From Macrostomum lignano (taxonomy: Eukaryota): a DNA stretch of 64,000 bases. The position numbers were made by a program, and so were the translations under genes. Each line of letters begins with the position of its first letter. Position 1 is the first letter of the stretch. The notes under the pieces are model-generated. The model had not been told where the DNA came from. It ran no database searches and was given only the letters and a program-made list of their open reading frames with translations. Below, one piece after another: positions 1 through 11,946 of this stretch. The stretch is from the NCBI GenBank assembly GCA_002269645.1, contig NIVC01002097.1, positions 140,908 to 204,907 on the forward strand. The letters are read 5' to 3'.

Positions 1-3000
1 CAGAGTCCACACCAGGGCCGGCCTGGCGGCGGGGAGTTCGGGTGTACATTGGTGACCTGGAGAGTAGACTGCTGACCTGGGGAGTAGACTGCTGACCTGG
101 GGAGTAGGCTGGTGACCTGGGGAGTAGACTGGTGACCTGGGGAGTAGGCTGGTGACCTGGGGAGTAGACTGGTGACCTGGGGAGTAGACTGGTGACCTAG
201 AGAGTAGAGTGGTGACCTGGAGAGTAGACTGGTGACCTGGGGAGTAGGCTGGTGACCTGGAGAGTAGACTGGTGACCTGGGGAGTAGACTGGTGACCTGG
301 GGAGTAGACTGGTGACCTGGGGAGTAGACTGCTGACCTGGGGATAGACTGGTGACCTGGAGAGTAGACTGCTGACCTGGGGAGTAGGCTGGTGACCTGGG
401 GAGTAGACTGGTGACCTGGAGAGTAGACTGGTGACCTGGGAAGTAGACTGGTGAGTAGACTACTGACCTATTTCAAAATTGAAATAATGCATGCAAAACT
501 TACGTGTGCAGAGCATAGTGGGCCAATGGCAGGGTGGCGGAGCAGACCAGAGTCAGCATCAGAGTGTGCATGAACAGCTGTGAATAGGTTGGTATGGAAT
601 TTTTTTCATTTTCATGCACATCGCCGTTTTTAATGATAACTAGTAAAAAAGCCAAAGATGCTACTATGCAGTCTATCAGTTCAGTAGTGTACCCTGCACA
701 TGGATTCGTCACTCACCCTAGTAGCCCCGAGTCGCCGCTCCAGCAGAGGGAACACAATTGGCTGGAACACGAACAGAGAGACGGCCGAAATGCTGAGCAG
801 GGTGGCCAGGTTTTGAGCACTGAATCCGAGGCCGCCGTAGTATGAGCTGGTGGGAATCCAAACGATCACCAAGGTGTTCAGGTAAACTGAGCACATTGAC
901 TGAAGGAAGTATTGCGCTGCGGGGGCGAGAGGGGCAGGTGTGTCAGTGCATGATCAGCTGGTTAAGGGGGTTGACAGGATGCTTCAGTGATAGGGGGAGC
1001 TGACAAGATTATTTCAGAATCGGAGGGAGCTGACAAGGTTATTTCAGAATCGGAGGGAGCTGACAAGGTTATTTCAGAATCGGAGGGAGCTGACAAGGTT
1101 AGTTCAGAATCGGAGGGAGCTGACAAGGTTATTTCAGAATCGGAGGGAGCTGACAAGGTTATTTCAGAATCGGAGGGAGCTGACAAGGTTAGTTCAGAAT
1201 CGGAGGGAGCTGACAAGGTTAGTTCAGAATCGGAGGGAGCTGACAAGGTTAGTTCAGAATCGGAGGGACAAACAGATAGACGCTGAGCAGCGCACTGCGG
1301 TGGTGGCCACGCCAAGCAGATGCTCACTCATGACTTTGATGCACTCGCAGTTGAGCAAAATCCGCCCCAGGTTGCTGGCCCGCATTCGCTCCAGAAACGA
1401 CTGTCCGCCCTTGGCAGCGGCTTTTTCGTCAGCCGGTTTTGCGGCCTCCTCGGCGGCCGCGGCGTCGGGAGCTTCGGCGGCTGTCAGGACGAGGCAGTTC
1501 TCGGCCGATACGGCAGCCAGTAGCGCGACAGAGCGGCTGACGGAACCGGCGTGGGCCGCGGCTCGGGCAGGCCTGGACTGCACGCTGGGCAGAGAGCGGA
1601 ACGCCTGCGGAGCGAGTTTGATGGCGATCGGCAATCAGGGCGATTCGGGGGCCGATTTCTGGCGCTTCATGGGGATTTGGGGCCGATTTCTGGCGCTCCA
1701 TGGGGATTTGGAGCCGATTTCTGGCGCTCCATGGGGATTTGGAGCCGATTTCTGGCGCTCCATGGGGATTTGGGGCCGATTTCTGGCGCTCCATGGGGAT
1801 TTGGAGCCGATTTCTGGCGCTCCATGGGGATTTGGGGCCGATTTCTGGCGCTCCATGGGGATTTGGAGCCGATTTCTGGCGCTCCATGGGGATTTGGGGC
1901 CGATTTCTGGCGCTCCATGGGGATTTGGAGCCGATTTCTGGCGCTCCATGGGGATTTGGGGCCGATTTCTGGCGCTCCATGGGGATTTGGGGCCGATTTC
2001 TGGCGCTCCATGGGGATTTGGAGCCGATTTCTGGCGCTCCATGGGGATTTGGGGCCGATTTCTGGCGCTCCATGGGGATTTGGGGCCGATTTCTGGCGCT
2101 CCATGGGGATTAGGGGCCGATTTCTGGCGCTCCATGGGGATTTGGGGCCGATTTCTGGCGCTTCATGGGGATTTGGGGCCGATTTCTGGCGCTTCATGGG
2201 GATTTGGGGCCGATTTCTGGCGCTCCATGGGGATTTGGGGCCGATTTCTTGCGCTCCATGGGGATTTGGGGCCGATTTCTTGCGCTTCAGGGTGATTCGG
2301 GGGGCGATTCGGCAGCGGGAGTTCGGGTCAAAGCCTGGGCCGATCCCGAGAATTCAGCGAAGGCCGGCTCACCTCAGCGGACGCGTCTCCGTTTTCAACT
2401 TGGCGACGGCTCTCCTTGCCGGCGCTTGGCGATCCGCCAGACTCGCCCAGCGGCCCGCCTGCTGAGGCCCAGCGCCGCCACAGCCGGTCCTCCCCCTCAG
2501 TCGGAGCCTCCACCAAGATCAAAGGCGCCGCCGCCGCAGTTGCCACTGGCTTCTCAATTTCGTCCAGATCGATGGAAATTCCCGCCCGCTTTGGCTCCTT
2601 CAGCAGCCAGCAGGACAGCAGCAGGATGGCCCCGGCGATGGCGGACAGAGCGATGGATGGTACCAGGTAGGGGAAGGTGGGCACGGCCCTGTACTTGGCC
2701 AGGAAGCCGCCCAGCATCGGGCCGATGAGGGAGCCGAGGCCCCAGCTGAGCGACAGGCTGGCGATGCCGTAGCTCTGGTTGCTGCTGTCGCTGATGTCGT
2801 AGATCTGCGCCTTGCCGACAATCACCACACCGTTGACGAGGCCCGTGACGAGTCCGACGGCCGAGGCGAATCCGAAAGAACGGGAGAAGCCGAAGGCCAG
2901 CGTGCACAGCGACACAAGCAGCAGGGAGGTGAGTAGGGTGGGCCGGCGGCCGAACCGGTCAGACAGGTAGCCCCAAGCGTACCTGAGCGGTTGGGGGTGG

Positions 3001-4092
3001 GGGATTCGTGCGGGTTATGCGGACTGTTGACTGTGCTGCGTTCGGCTTTTTACTCTTTCAGAGGTTCCAGACTCGAGTCCTCGGAAAGTGAATTTGCTTT
3101 TGTGGCCTCTGACACTGCAGCAGTTATCTTAGATGCATTAATGCCATATTCATGACAGCATGCTCGGAATGACACGTGGACAGTCTTTGATTGCAACGGA
3201 ACGGAACTCGAACCGTATTTTAAGCCGGTCTTTACAGCTTATGAGGCTCAATGAAGGATTGATTGCTCAGGAGCAGTAACGCCCATTTGAAGGACTATGA
3301 TCATAGGAGGTGAACACTAAGGAAACTGTAAGGTACACTGAGAAGTACCATCGATCTAAAGCTGGGAGGCCCCACACTCATGCAGAAATGTGTATCTGTA
3401 AATATATAAATATCTAACGGGTGTCCCAAAAATGAAAGGGGGTCGAATTTTAAGTTGTAAAAAGTTATTGGCGTCACTGTAGTAGCCAGCAGCAATTTGC
3501 CAGGATTTTTAGTACCAAAATGCAATTGAAATCACAAATTCGGGGTCTAAAATGTAAATGCGACCCTGAGCCGGTCACTCCACGACAGACCGGTGGCCAA
3601 AGTGACGCGAATAAAAAAAACAAAATATCAGCCTCGCAGCATTCTGACGATTCATGTTGCATTTCACTACTGCAACCTGTGCACGCCCACGAGAATGCAG
3701 CGGCCGGGGTTTTCTGTATCAAACAGCCCAGCTGCGGACTTAGACAGGCATCGCAAGATTAATCTGCGCCAGGCGTGCCGCCAGAGAGTTCAGGTGAAGG
3801 TGACAAGGAGGGCGGGCAGCCCTGTGTTACGGTGCGGCGACTTACGATGAAATCAGGCGGCCCAGATGAAACGAGGCGGCCACAAAGCCCACGTAGAAGC
3901 CCGCGTCCGCCTCCTGGTAGCCAAAGCTCTGCAATTCGGGTGGCGCAAATTTAAACAAAACTTTTCCTGTTGTTTCATTTGGTGTTTTATAAGAAAGCGA
4001 CTTATTCAGGAACTTTCTTCTTTTCGAATTCTTACCACGACCATCTCCTTTAGAAAGGGCTGATAAAATGATATGCAAGCGGCCGAGCCCGT
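1..4092 (-). CDS. ZIFL-like (DHA1-type) MFS transporter, multi-exon; 3' end runs off the window
   Basis: Spliced exons with GT-AG and mostly compatible phases: 4092-4036 (TGSAACISFYQPFLKEMVV), 3928-3846 (GYQEADAGFYVGFVAASFHLGRLIS), 2982-2373 (YAWGYLSDRFGRRP = MFS motif A; SLSWGLGSLIGPMLGGFLAK...YPYL-like PYL), 1604-~1328, 899-717 (YYGGLGFS, typical of ZIFL/YCR023C-like proteins), 577-504, 22-1. The junction between ~1328 and 899 is not phase-resolved. Confidence 0.85.
52..455. repeat. 20-bp minisatellite (ggggagtagactggtgacct) in an MFS intron
   Basis: About 20 near-identical tandem units. Confidence 0.95.
987..1270. repeat. 30-bp minisatellite (cggagggagctgacaaggttatttcagaat) in an MFS intron
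   Basis: About 9 tandem units. Confidence 0.95.
1645..2300. repeat. 31-bp minisatellite (atggggatttggggccgatttctggcgctcc) in an MFS intron
   Basis: About 21 tandem units; explains the many repetitive ORFs in the track. Confidence 0.95.
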
Positions 4093-5879
4093 CTGAAAAT
4101 TGAAAGCAACTGGCATTGTGAGAGCATGACTGCAGTTCTGGGCATCACTGCAGACTAGTTAATAAAGTCAATTTGAGATTGTTCAGGATTAAGAGAACAA
4201 ATATTTTTTAAAATTTACCATCAGGATAAACAAGACAAAGAGCTGTCCCCATGGTGGTGGCGTCACACCCTCTTGCACAATGGAAAACCTGCCCTCAGCA
4301 TTAAAGCATGGGCAGTTCCGTCTGCTGTTAGTCATTGCTCATTTGAATGCTAACAGAAAATAAGCTGAAAGAATTCAAATTTGGTGCTATTAGTCCCATA
4401 GTATAACAAAGCATTTCATTACTGATAACAGTATTGAAATTTGTATTATATTATAATTTTAAGATTAATCAAAAATTAAATTGAAAGCCATGAACAATAA
4501 AAAAATAATTCAAAACAAAAAACAAAAAACACTAATAACAAAACAAAATCCAGTCAAATTTACATAAAAGCTACCCAGTTTTGTTCCAGGCACTATGATA
4601 ATTGAATGTGTTATATACAGAAAGCTAAAATGCCCTGCCTTGTCTCTACCTAAATGACATATATAACTAAGAGTATATAAAAGCTAGCAATAGCAAAAGC
4701 TATTTTATCTTCTATAGCAATTCATTATAGCAAATACAGCCTGAAATACAATAAGATTTAAGATATTAATTTAAAAATAAGTGTGAATAAACAATAAGCT
4801 ATATAAAAAGTTGAATATCAAATATTTAGTAATTCATATCACTCACTTGTTTGTTAGCTATTTATATCACTATAATTTAATGAAGCAAACTAGTTGAAAA
4901 GATATAAATCTATGTTTTTACAGTCTAAACAGTGAAACATCATTAAGATTACTATGCATGTGATACTACAGCTTTTTATTCATATTACAAAATATAAAAT
5001 AAAAAGTTTTGATAGAATATTAATTTATTATCAATGCTGCTACAAATTTACAGAAGCAAAATTAGAAATAAATCTAATAAACTGACTAAAGGTATGGATA
5101 TCGAAACGAACATTTAAGATGGAAGTATAACTATTGGAGCTTGAATTTTATCAAACCTATGTAAAAATGGTTTAGCCATAATATGCAACAGACGAATACT
5201 ATTAATTATAAAATCTTTGGAAAAGTACTCAATAGGCTTAAAATACATTCTATTTAAAAGGTCGTGTTTATACTTGTCACGAAATCTATTAAGGCTTAGA
5301 ACGCACTGTCTTAATGCTTTTATTAGATTTAACGTTAAGCTATTGGTTAAACAAGATTAGAAATGTTTTACTTTATTATTTTTATACAGCTTAAAATATT
5401 GTTGTTTTAACTTACTAAACAATTATTTTAATGAAATGTAATCGGTTTCAAAACTGATCCAAAGCGTATTAGTTAAACATTATCCTATTTAACCATTCAC
5501 TACACAGCTATATTAAAATATAAGATAAGAGTGTAACATGTGCGTTCTAAATAAAAAGAATGGTGGTCTTCTCTTCACTACCATAGATCAATAAATGCAG
5601 TCATTGATTTTGTGATGATTTTTTCCTGTCTCCACAGTGTATTTTTTTCCAGGAAATCGACCTCTGAAAAATTTAAACCTTTGAGTTTTATGTCCTGTTA
5701 TATACAGTGGTCCTTGCTATATATAATGTAACGTATGAATAGTACATATTGTACATGTATACACAGAAGAGTTACATGTAGGCACCAATAAGCAAACTGA
5801 ACTACTGAAGTCGAGCCAGGCGGACGGTGGAATTAAAGAAAGAGCAGTTCGCAACAGACACAAAAGACATTGTCAGCCA

Positions 5880-8800
5880 GTCAAGCGTGGGACAATGTCA
5901 CAGGGCGCGTTTCAGGGCCTGGACACTAATGTAGGCCGCACCGCCGGCAGTGTCGGAAGCGCCGGCGTCAGCCAGCAAACAGTCGATGTCGATGAAACGC
6001 CGAGTGCGCGCCTGCCCCCGCCAGTAGGGTGTCTGCAGCGTCAGCAGCAGTACCTTCTGCACCGACTGCATGTGGACAGTACGACCCGGCTCGGATAATA
6101 TGACCTGCAGCTGGAGTCGCCGACGGCGCAACAGTTCGCTGGGACGGAACAGGCCGGTGAGGCGATAGAGTGCTGCATTGGTGACTCGCTCGTAGCCGAT
6201 CTTGAAGGCGGCGCGCAGCAGGCCAGCGTGTGCGCATCAATCGACTTGCTGTTCGAGCAAAATCCGGCCGTCAGCGTCCAGGTCTCGGCGTTGTACAACA
6301 GGACGGTGTCGATCACCGCCTGGAACAACCACCCTCTGGCGGTCAGGCAGGGCCTCGGACTGCAGGACAGCCCTTACGAAGCGAAAGGCAGCTCAGGCAA
6401 GTCCTCCGCGGTGACGTCGCAGATCCTCGCGAACGTCAGGCACTAGACCGCCGAACTGCTGACAACGCGGAAGCCTCGTCCCCTACGTTTCGGCAGAAAA
6501 TATATAGCAGCCCCGATGTCGTCCGGCACGCAGAGCACGACGGTCTTCTGCGTGTTGACCACCAGGCCAATGCTCGCCGCAACACTTACCAGCCGGTCCA
6601 GCTGGCGTTGGGTGCCTTCGACGGTCGAAGACAGCAGGGCGAGATCGTCGGCTTAGCCAAGCACACTGAGCCGCCTTTCCGGTTGGCGTCGACCCACGTG
6701 TCGCTGCAGCAGGAAGCCGTCGTCGTTTGAAGGGAGAGCAGTCCGCAGCACCCAGTCAAGCACCAGGACGAACAGGAACGGCGCAATCGTATCTCCCTGA
6801 AGCACCCCAGAGGATGTCTCAAAGAAATTTGATAGGCCGTCCGGTGTTAGCACAGCAGCGTTCGTGCCATGATACGAGCTACAGCGCCATGACGGCGGAA
6901 ATCAGCTGCTCTGGCACGTTATACGGACGAAGCACCATTGGCACGAAGCGCCACTCGGCCCTCACCACCGAGTCGTAAGCCTTCCTGAAGTCAATAAAAA
7001 GAGCAATCAGGCTCGACTGACGGGTCTGCGCTTCCTCGATGACTCGGCGAAGAGCCAGGATCTGCGCCACAGTGCCGCGATGGGGCCGGAACCCGTTCTG
7101 CTCAGGTTGCAAATGCGGATCCAGCACGGGCTGCAACCGGGATAGCAGCATCCGGTTTAACAGCTCAAGGACCACTGTATATAGCTATATACAGTGGTCC
7201 TTGGAACAGCTTCGCAGCGCAGGACTGCAGGCAGATACCTGGGTGCTCTTCAAGCCGTGTGGTGCCCGGCTTCTTCGGAATAGCGACGATGTGCGCCGCG
7301 TGGTCCATTCGTTGGCTGCCGCATCACCGAAGAGCACGCGATTTATCACACTGGCGACCTCGCTGGCCACACAGTGGAGTCGCAGCGCCGCGTTCGGACC
7401 CAGCGCTTTGCCGCCCAGAGTCCTCAGGGCGAGCAATCACAACGTCGGCTGTGCTGGCTGGTGCTACATTGAAACTCTCCTCTGCCGGCAACGGCGCCCC
7501 CCGCGGCAGCCTCAGATCGTTTGGCAGCGGGGGCGGCGGCGCGTTGACAATGGCGGCGAAGAACTCGAGCAGCTCATTCTGCTCTCATCCGGAGTGTCAC
7601 CAGCCAGGTTGAGCTGGATGCGCCGCTTCCGCTCGGTCAGAGAGTTGATGGCGGCGAAGGCCACGCGCCCTTTAGTGTCGAGTCCAGCGGCGGTGACGGC
7701 CTGGATGGCGTCGTCAACAGCGGCCTGTTGCCGCTGCAGGTAGACAGCCACCAGAGCCTCCTCCGCTGCTCCTCCTCCGCAGGAGTTGGCTGTCTGCTCA
7801 GACGGAGCCGATCTCCAGCTTCCTCGCTTGCAGAATCCCAGGGTCGTACTGCCAGACCGGCTGCCTATGTTGGGCCGGTTGCATCAGCGGAACTGTTTGC
7901 TTCGCCGCGGCTCTAACCGCGGAACTTACCTCCGTGTACTCGGCGCGCCCGCACCTGTAGCCAAGCGCGCTGACGAAGGAGCTAGCGAAATGGTAAATAT
8001 GCGTCTACTTGAGAGCACGTTTGTAGCGCCGCGGTGGGCGCTTCTGTGGACGGTAAAGCGGACCGTGTACAAGCAGGTCGCAGACGAGGAGCCGATGGTC
8101 GGACCGCAGAGCCAGCGGCGTGATGGTGGGGCAGTTTACAGTACGGCGGCGCTTACGGAGACGCAAGCACGTGATCGAGCTGTGCCTGCCTCCGCCGGCC
8201 GTACCGGCCGCGCGCATTCCTCCGCCACCGCTTGCAGCTCACGAAGGTCGCGAGCCTGCCGGGTGGCTTGCGGAAGCAGGTGTTGGCCAAAAATCATATC
8301 CTGACTCTCTAAGAAGTCCTCCAGCGCTCCGGTGTTGCTGTTCTCGCGCGGTGTCACAAACAGCGACCGCTCGGATCTACACAAAACCGCGTTCAGGTCT
8401 CCGAGGACCACTGTGTCACGCTGCGCGTCTCCTCCACCTACGCCGAGAGCTGCTCGAAGAAGACTTGAGCCTCGTCAGGTCGGGTGGCAGGAGGCGCATA
8501 CGCGCAGATCAGCCGAGCGTTCCAGAAGTCGATCCGAAGCAGTCGGTCAGACAGGGAGATGCAGCGACAGCTCTGCTGCAGCCTCGTTCCAACCAGCGCT
8601 TTAACTCCTCCATGGCCTCGTTGGTCCGCCGAAGTGTACCAGAGAGTCCAACTGGCGCCCAGGTCCTTACAATGAATTCCCGGGTCGGCCCTGATGGACG
8701 CCTCTTGCAGCGAGATGACATCGCATCTTAGATCGAGCGCTAGCTGCGCATTCCTCTCACCCTTGCCTTGAGAGTGCGGCAGTTCAGCGTCCCGATGATG

Positions 8801-9270
8801 TGTTCCTTATTACCCGACTTGTGATAATCAAGGAGCACTCACTTCTAGCTCTGTAGCTAGGCAACCCAGTAATAAAATGAAGAGATCTCTTGAGTAGTCC
8901 TCGATCGTTGACTGTAGTTCTGGTACGGTTCTCAGTTGACCAATAGATCAATTGGCCAGGCGCTTTGTCTCTTCAGTAGTCCTGGTCCAGGTTCTTCTTC
9001 TCGGAATTGTCGTCGGCCGGTATCTGTAGTTCGGACCAATAGGAAGCTTCCAATTACAATGGGTACCCTGCGCCAAACTGCGGTCTTAATTAAGCCTCCT
9101 TCTTCTAGCAGTGCCTCTATGCACTCTAGGAATAGCTCCGGAAACCACTGATAGTCTTCTAAGATCTATCAGGGGCAGTCCTTCTGGAGACTGCAACCAG
9201 TGGAGTCTAAACCGACTCAAGAGTCTCAACAGACTCAACTAAACTCAAGTCACACTAGACTTGAGCGAGA
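5880..9270 (-). mobile_element. Degenerate non-LTR retrotransposon (APE + RT, RTE-like)
   Basis: APE motifs IGTLNCRTL (~8790), DVISLQE (~8715), VLGDLNA (8411) and SDH (~8095). RT motifs QNGFRPHRGT, FIDFRKAYDSV, GVLQGDTIAPFLF. YADD is mutated to *ADD (TAA at 6655-6653), and there are multiple frameshifts. Element ends and TSD not identified. Confidence 0.9.
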
Positions 9271-9418
9271 CGTCTCTAACAACAACGGGCGCAAATAAGG
9301 AAGGCTTACCGCAACAATCGACCGAGTCTTGGTCCAGGAAGTCCGACTGTGGCTTCCTCTTCGGAGCTCTTCTCCTTCCGGAGGAATTGTTGGCTCTGGG
9401 TCCGTTCCGGACCACTTG

Positions 9419-9715
9419 TATTTATAGGCGTTCAGACCTCTCTCGAGGTCGTACATCACTGTCTTCGCAAATGTCAAAGGGTCACGATTCGGTGGCTGTC
9501 AAGCATGACAGGGTAGAAAGTTGCGCAACTAGTCTACTGTAAAAGCGCATGATTGGTTACCGTAGCTGGTAGACTTTGATTGGTTCAACCGGTGCAACCC
9601 GAGTGCAAACCAAATGATGACTTGAAGGTGGGGTTTGAATTGACAGTTGTTGGTCGCACGTGATTGGGTGATTTCTAAAATTAGCATGCTCGAGATTTCT
9701 CTCTTTCTATTGGTT
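9419..9715 (-). promoter_or_regulatory. Candidate TATA + multiple CCAAT promoter pointing toward the LINE/MFS
   Basis: Minus-strand TATAAATA at 9426-9419; CCAAT boxes (attgg on +) at ~9552, 9579, 9663 and 9709. Confidence 0.4.
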
Positions 9716-10159
9716 AATTCGAATATATGTATGGTTCAGCGCATATCCTTTATACATGCTCCTCAATTTACTACTATTTAAGTAGTACGTTAACAATTTT
9801 AAATAACTTTTCAGGGAGATATAATACTCTACACCGACCCGAAGCGTGCCCTGGCATACAACTGGGGCTCGATGACAATGAGCCTCACGGTCTCCGGCGC
9901 CACCCGGAAGATCTGATTAGCCAAGGATGGCAGTAGCTCGACGGGCGGAACCTCATTGCCGACCTCGCCGGTTTTGCTCACGCCGACGTTCAACTCGCTT
10001 CCTCGCTCGCTTCCCTGCCCTCGCTTGGTTCTGCTGCTGTTGGCCGCCTCAGCAGTTAAGCGGCTCTCCAACTACACCACAGGGAGGTTGCGGAATTTAT
10101 CTGCACCGCGGTGCAAATATAATAAGTCAAGAGAAACAGACGGCGCTCGTGTACCTCAC

Positions 10160-10247
10160 CATAGCGCTCCAGAGCATATCACGAGGAAAGTCCGATAGGC
10201 CGTCACACAGCAGCTAATTTCGTGTCGCGGTTGACGTTGATCGCCAT
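10160..10247 (-). CDS. Candidate first coding exon of the MFS gene
   Basis: ATG at 10247, hydrophobic stretch (AYRTFLVICSGAL) if one base is added at an A run, GTGAG donor at 10159; phase with the 4092 exon is not cleanly resolved. Confidence 0.35.
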
Positions 10248-11946
10248 GATGGAGAAAAAGCATGCATACTATATTTTGTACATACATCATGTCAGTATGT
10301 TTGTAGTTGGACAGCTTCTACATGTACATGTACATAGTTGATAACGGGCCCTGGGGTACCAAATTCAATAATAACAACACAGATTCCGAAAATATTTCCT
10401 TTCCGTTTCGTCTTCGTCCCCATACGTACATGTTCATGTAAAATTTAGGGCGACGCCTGACAGCTTATACAGTCGCATACGAGACTTGTACATGTGCATA
10501 CAGGTACCCAACCAGGTGAAACTGTGGAAATTGCATGGCTCTTCGTTTGAACAGGCAAACATGGCAAATGTCAACACAGGCATCTATTTTTATAGCCAAA
10601 CACGTTTCGTGACACTACTTCTTCAGAGCACGTACCATATAATGCACCGCGAGTACATTTATATTTCAAAATGGCTCAAGAAAATGATTTACAAGCCCTA
10701 AAAGTGGAATCCGAAAGAAAGCACAGGGTGAACAAGAAAACATAATGAACAGTACATGTACTACCACCTTGTCTATTAATACTTCGTAATAATATCAATT
10801 CTGCGTAATTCGCTCGTTTCCCTCAACTGTGCAAATACGTAAGCAGTCAATGTAGCAAGCAACTTTGGCTAGTTGCTTGCGAGTGTTTTATGTAGTTAGC
10901 CAGAATTCAGCTCAAAAAAGGAGTCGAGTGTGGCTGTGCCTGTGTACAGTTGCGCCCCCCCCCCCCAGTCTGCGCCGCCACTGCCTGTGTATTTATTGTC
11001 TGACTGAACCGGTTTTCTGTTCCATCAGAGTGCACACGGTGATATGCTCGAGTCAGGGAATCGGGTAGACTGCAGAGTCACTGCAGGTGCAAACTGCCTC
11101 TCTCTGGGCGAGCCCATTGTTGCAGCGTGGATGTTCAATAAAACCGAAGTGAGACGAGAGCCCATTGTTGCACCCAAGCGCGTGTATGCGCTGAGCACTC
11201 CGAAAAAAATTTCTTTTATTCGCAGCCAGACTTCCTGCGCAGTCTGCGTCTCTGTGTGCAAAGCACTATTGTAATGGTAAACCTAAATAATAAAAAACCA
11301 TAAAAACCAGACTTAACTAATATAATGCAGTTTTTTGACTCACTACTGCATTATTTACATGACCATGTTAAATTTAGGTAAATGGCGCGTTTAGCAGTGA
11401 TTTCAAAGGATCTAAACTCGAAAAGCCCCTCTTTTAGTTCGACTTTCAAGCGACACAGAAAGTTCACCCAATGCCATCGGCATGATCCTCGCTAAGGGCC
11501 TCAGCACAATACCAGCATAGAGCAGCTGCTCGAGTCAAATATTGTTTAAATCAATTATAAAATAGGGATGAACAGTCTGAATAGTATTTTGATAAATATG
11601 AGCCGTTAAATAAAGAGGGGTTATGCTGTTGTGAGCTGAGTATAAAATATTAAGCTGGTGAACGCACTTTTCGTATAATTTAAAAATCATATCCTAAGTT
11701 TTCGTATGCCATGATGCGATTAATTTTTGCGCTGCGATTGAAGCGACTTTCGTTTTCCAATATTCGCAAGTTTAATTTTACAATCGCCAAGAAGAGGACA
11801 TGAATAAGTCAAAGTCGTAAATTTGCACAAAGGGCTATTGACCCTTTGATCTTTCTATTGACGTGAAAATTCGAATCAACCATTTTAACGGCAAAGAATT
11901 AAATGGTTTAAAAATCTAGCGATGCAAAGTATATCAGCACGGAGTC

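Noticed and set aside
1254-2465. Long repetitive ORFs over the 31-bp array (and likewise over the 30-, 51-, 21-bp and GTCT arrays elsewhere)
   Set aside because: These are artefacts of stop-free repeat units, and the arrays lie between valid splice sites
5880-9270. An active retrotransposon
   Set aside because: YADD is mutated to a stop and there are numerous frameshifts
9829-10071. 80-aa minus-strand ORF with coding-like codon use (ELLPSLANQIFRVAPETVRLIVIEPQLY)
   Set aside because: No recognisable domain or splice context, so it could not be assigned
10102-10115. Perfect 14-bp palindrome TGCACCGCGGTGCA
   Set aside because: An isolated occurrence with no partner element or Helitron-type CTRR end
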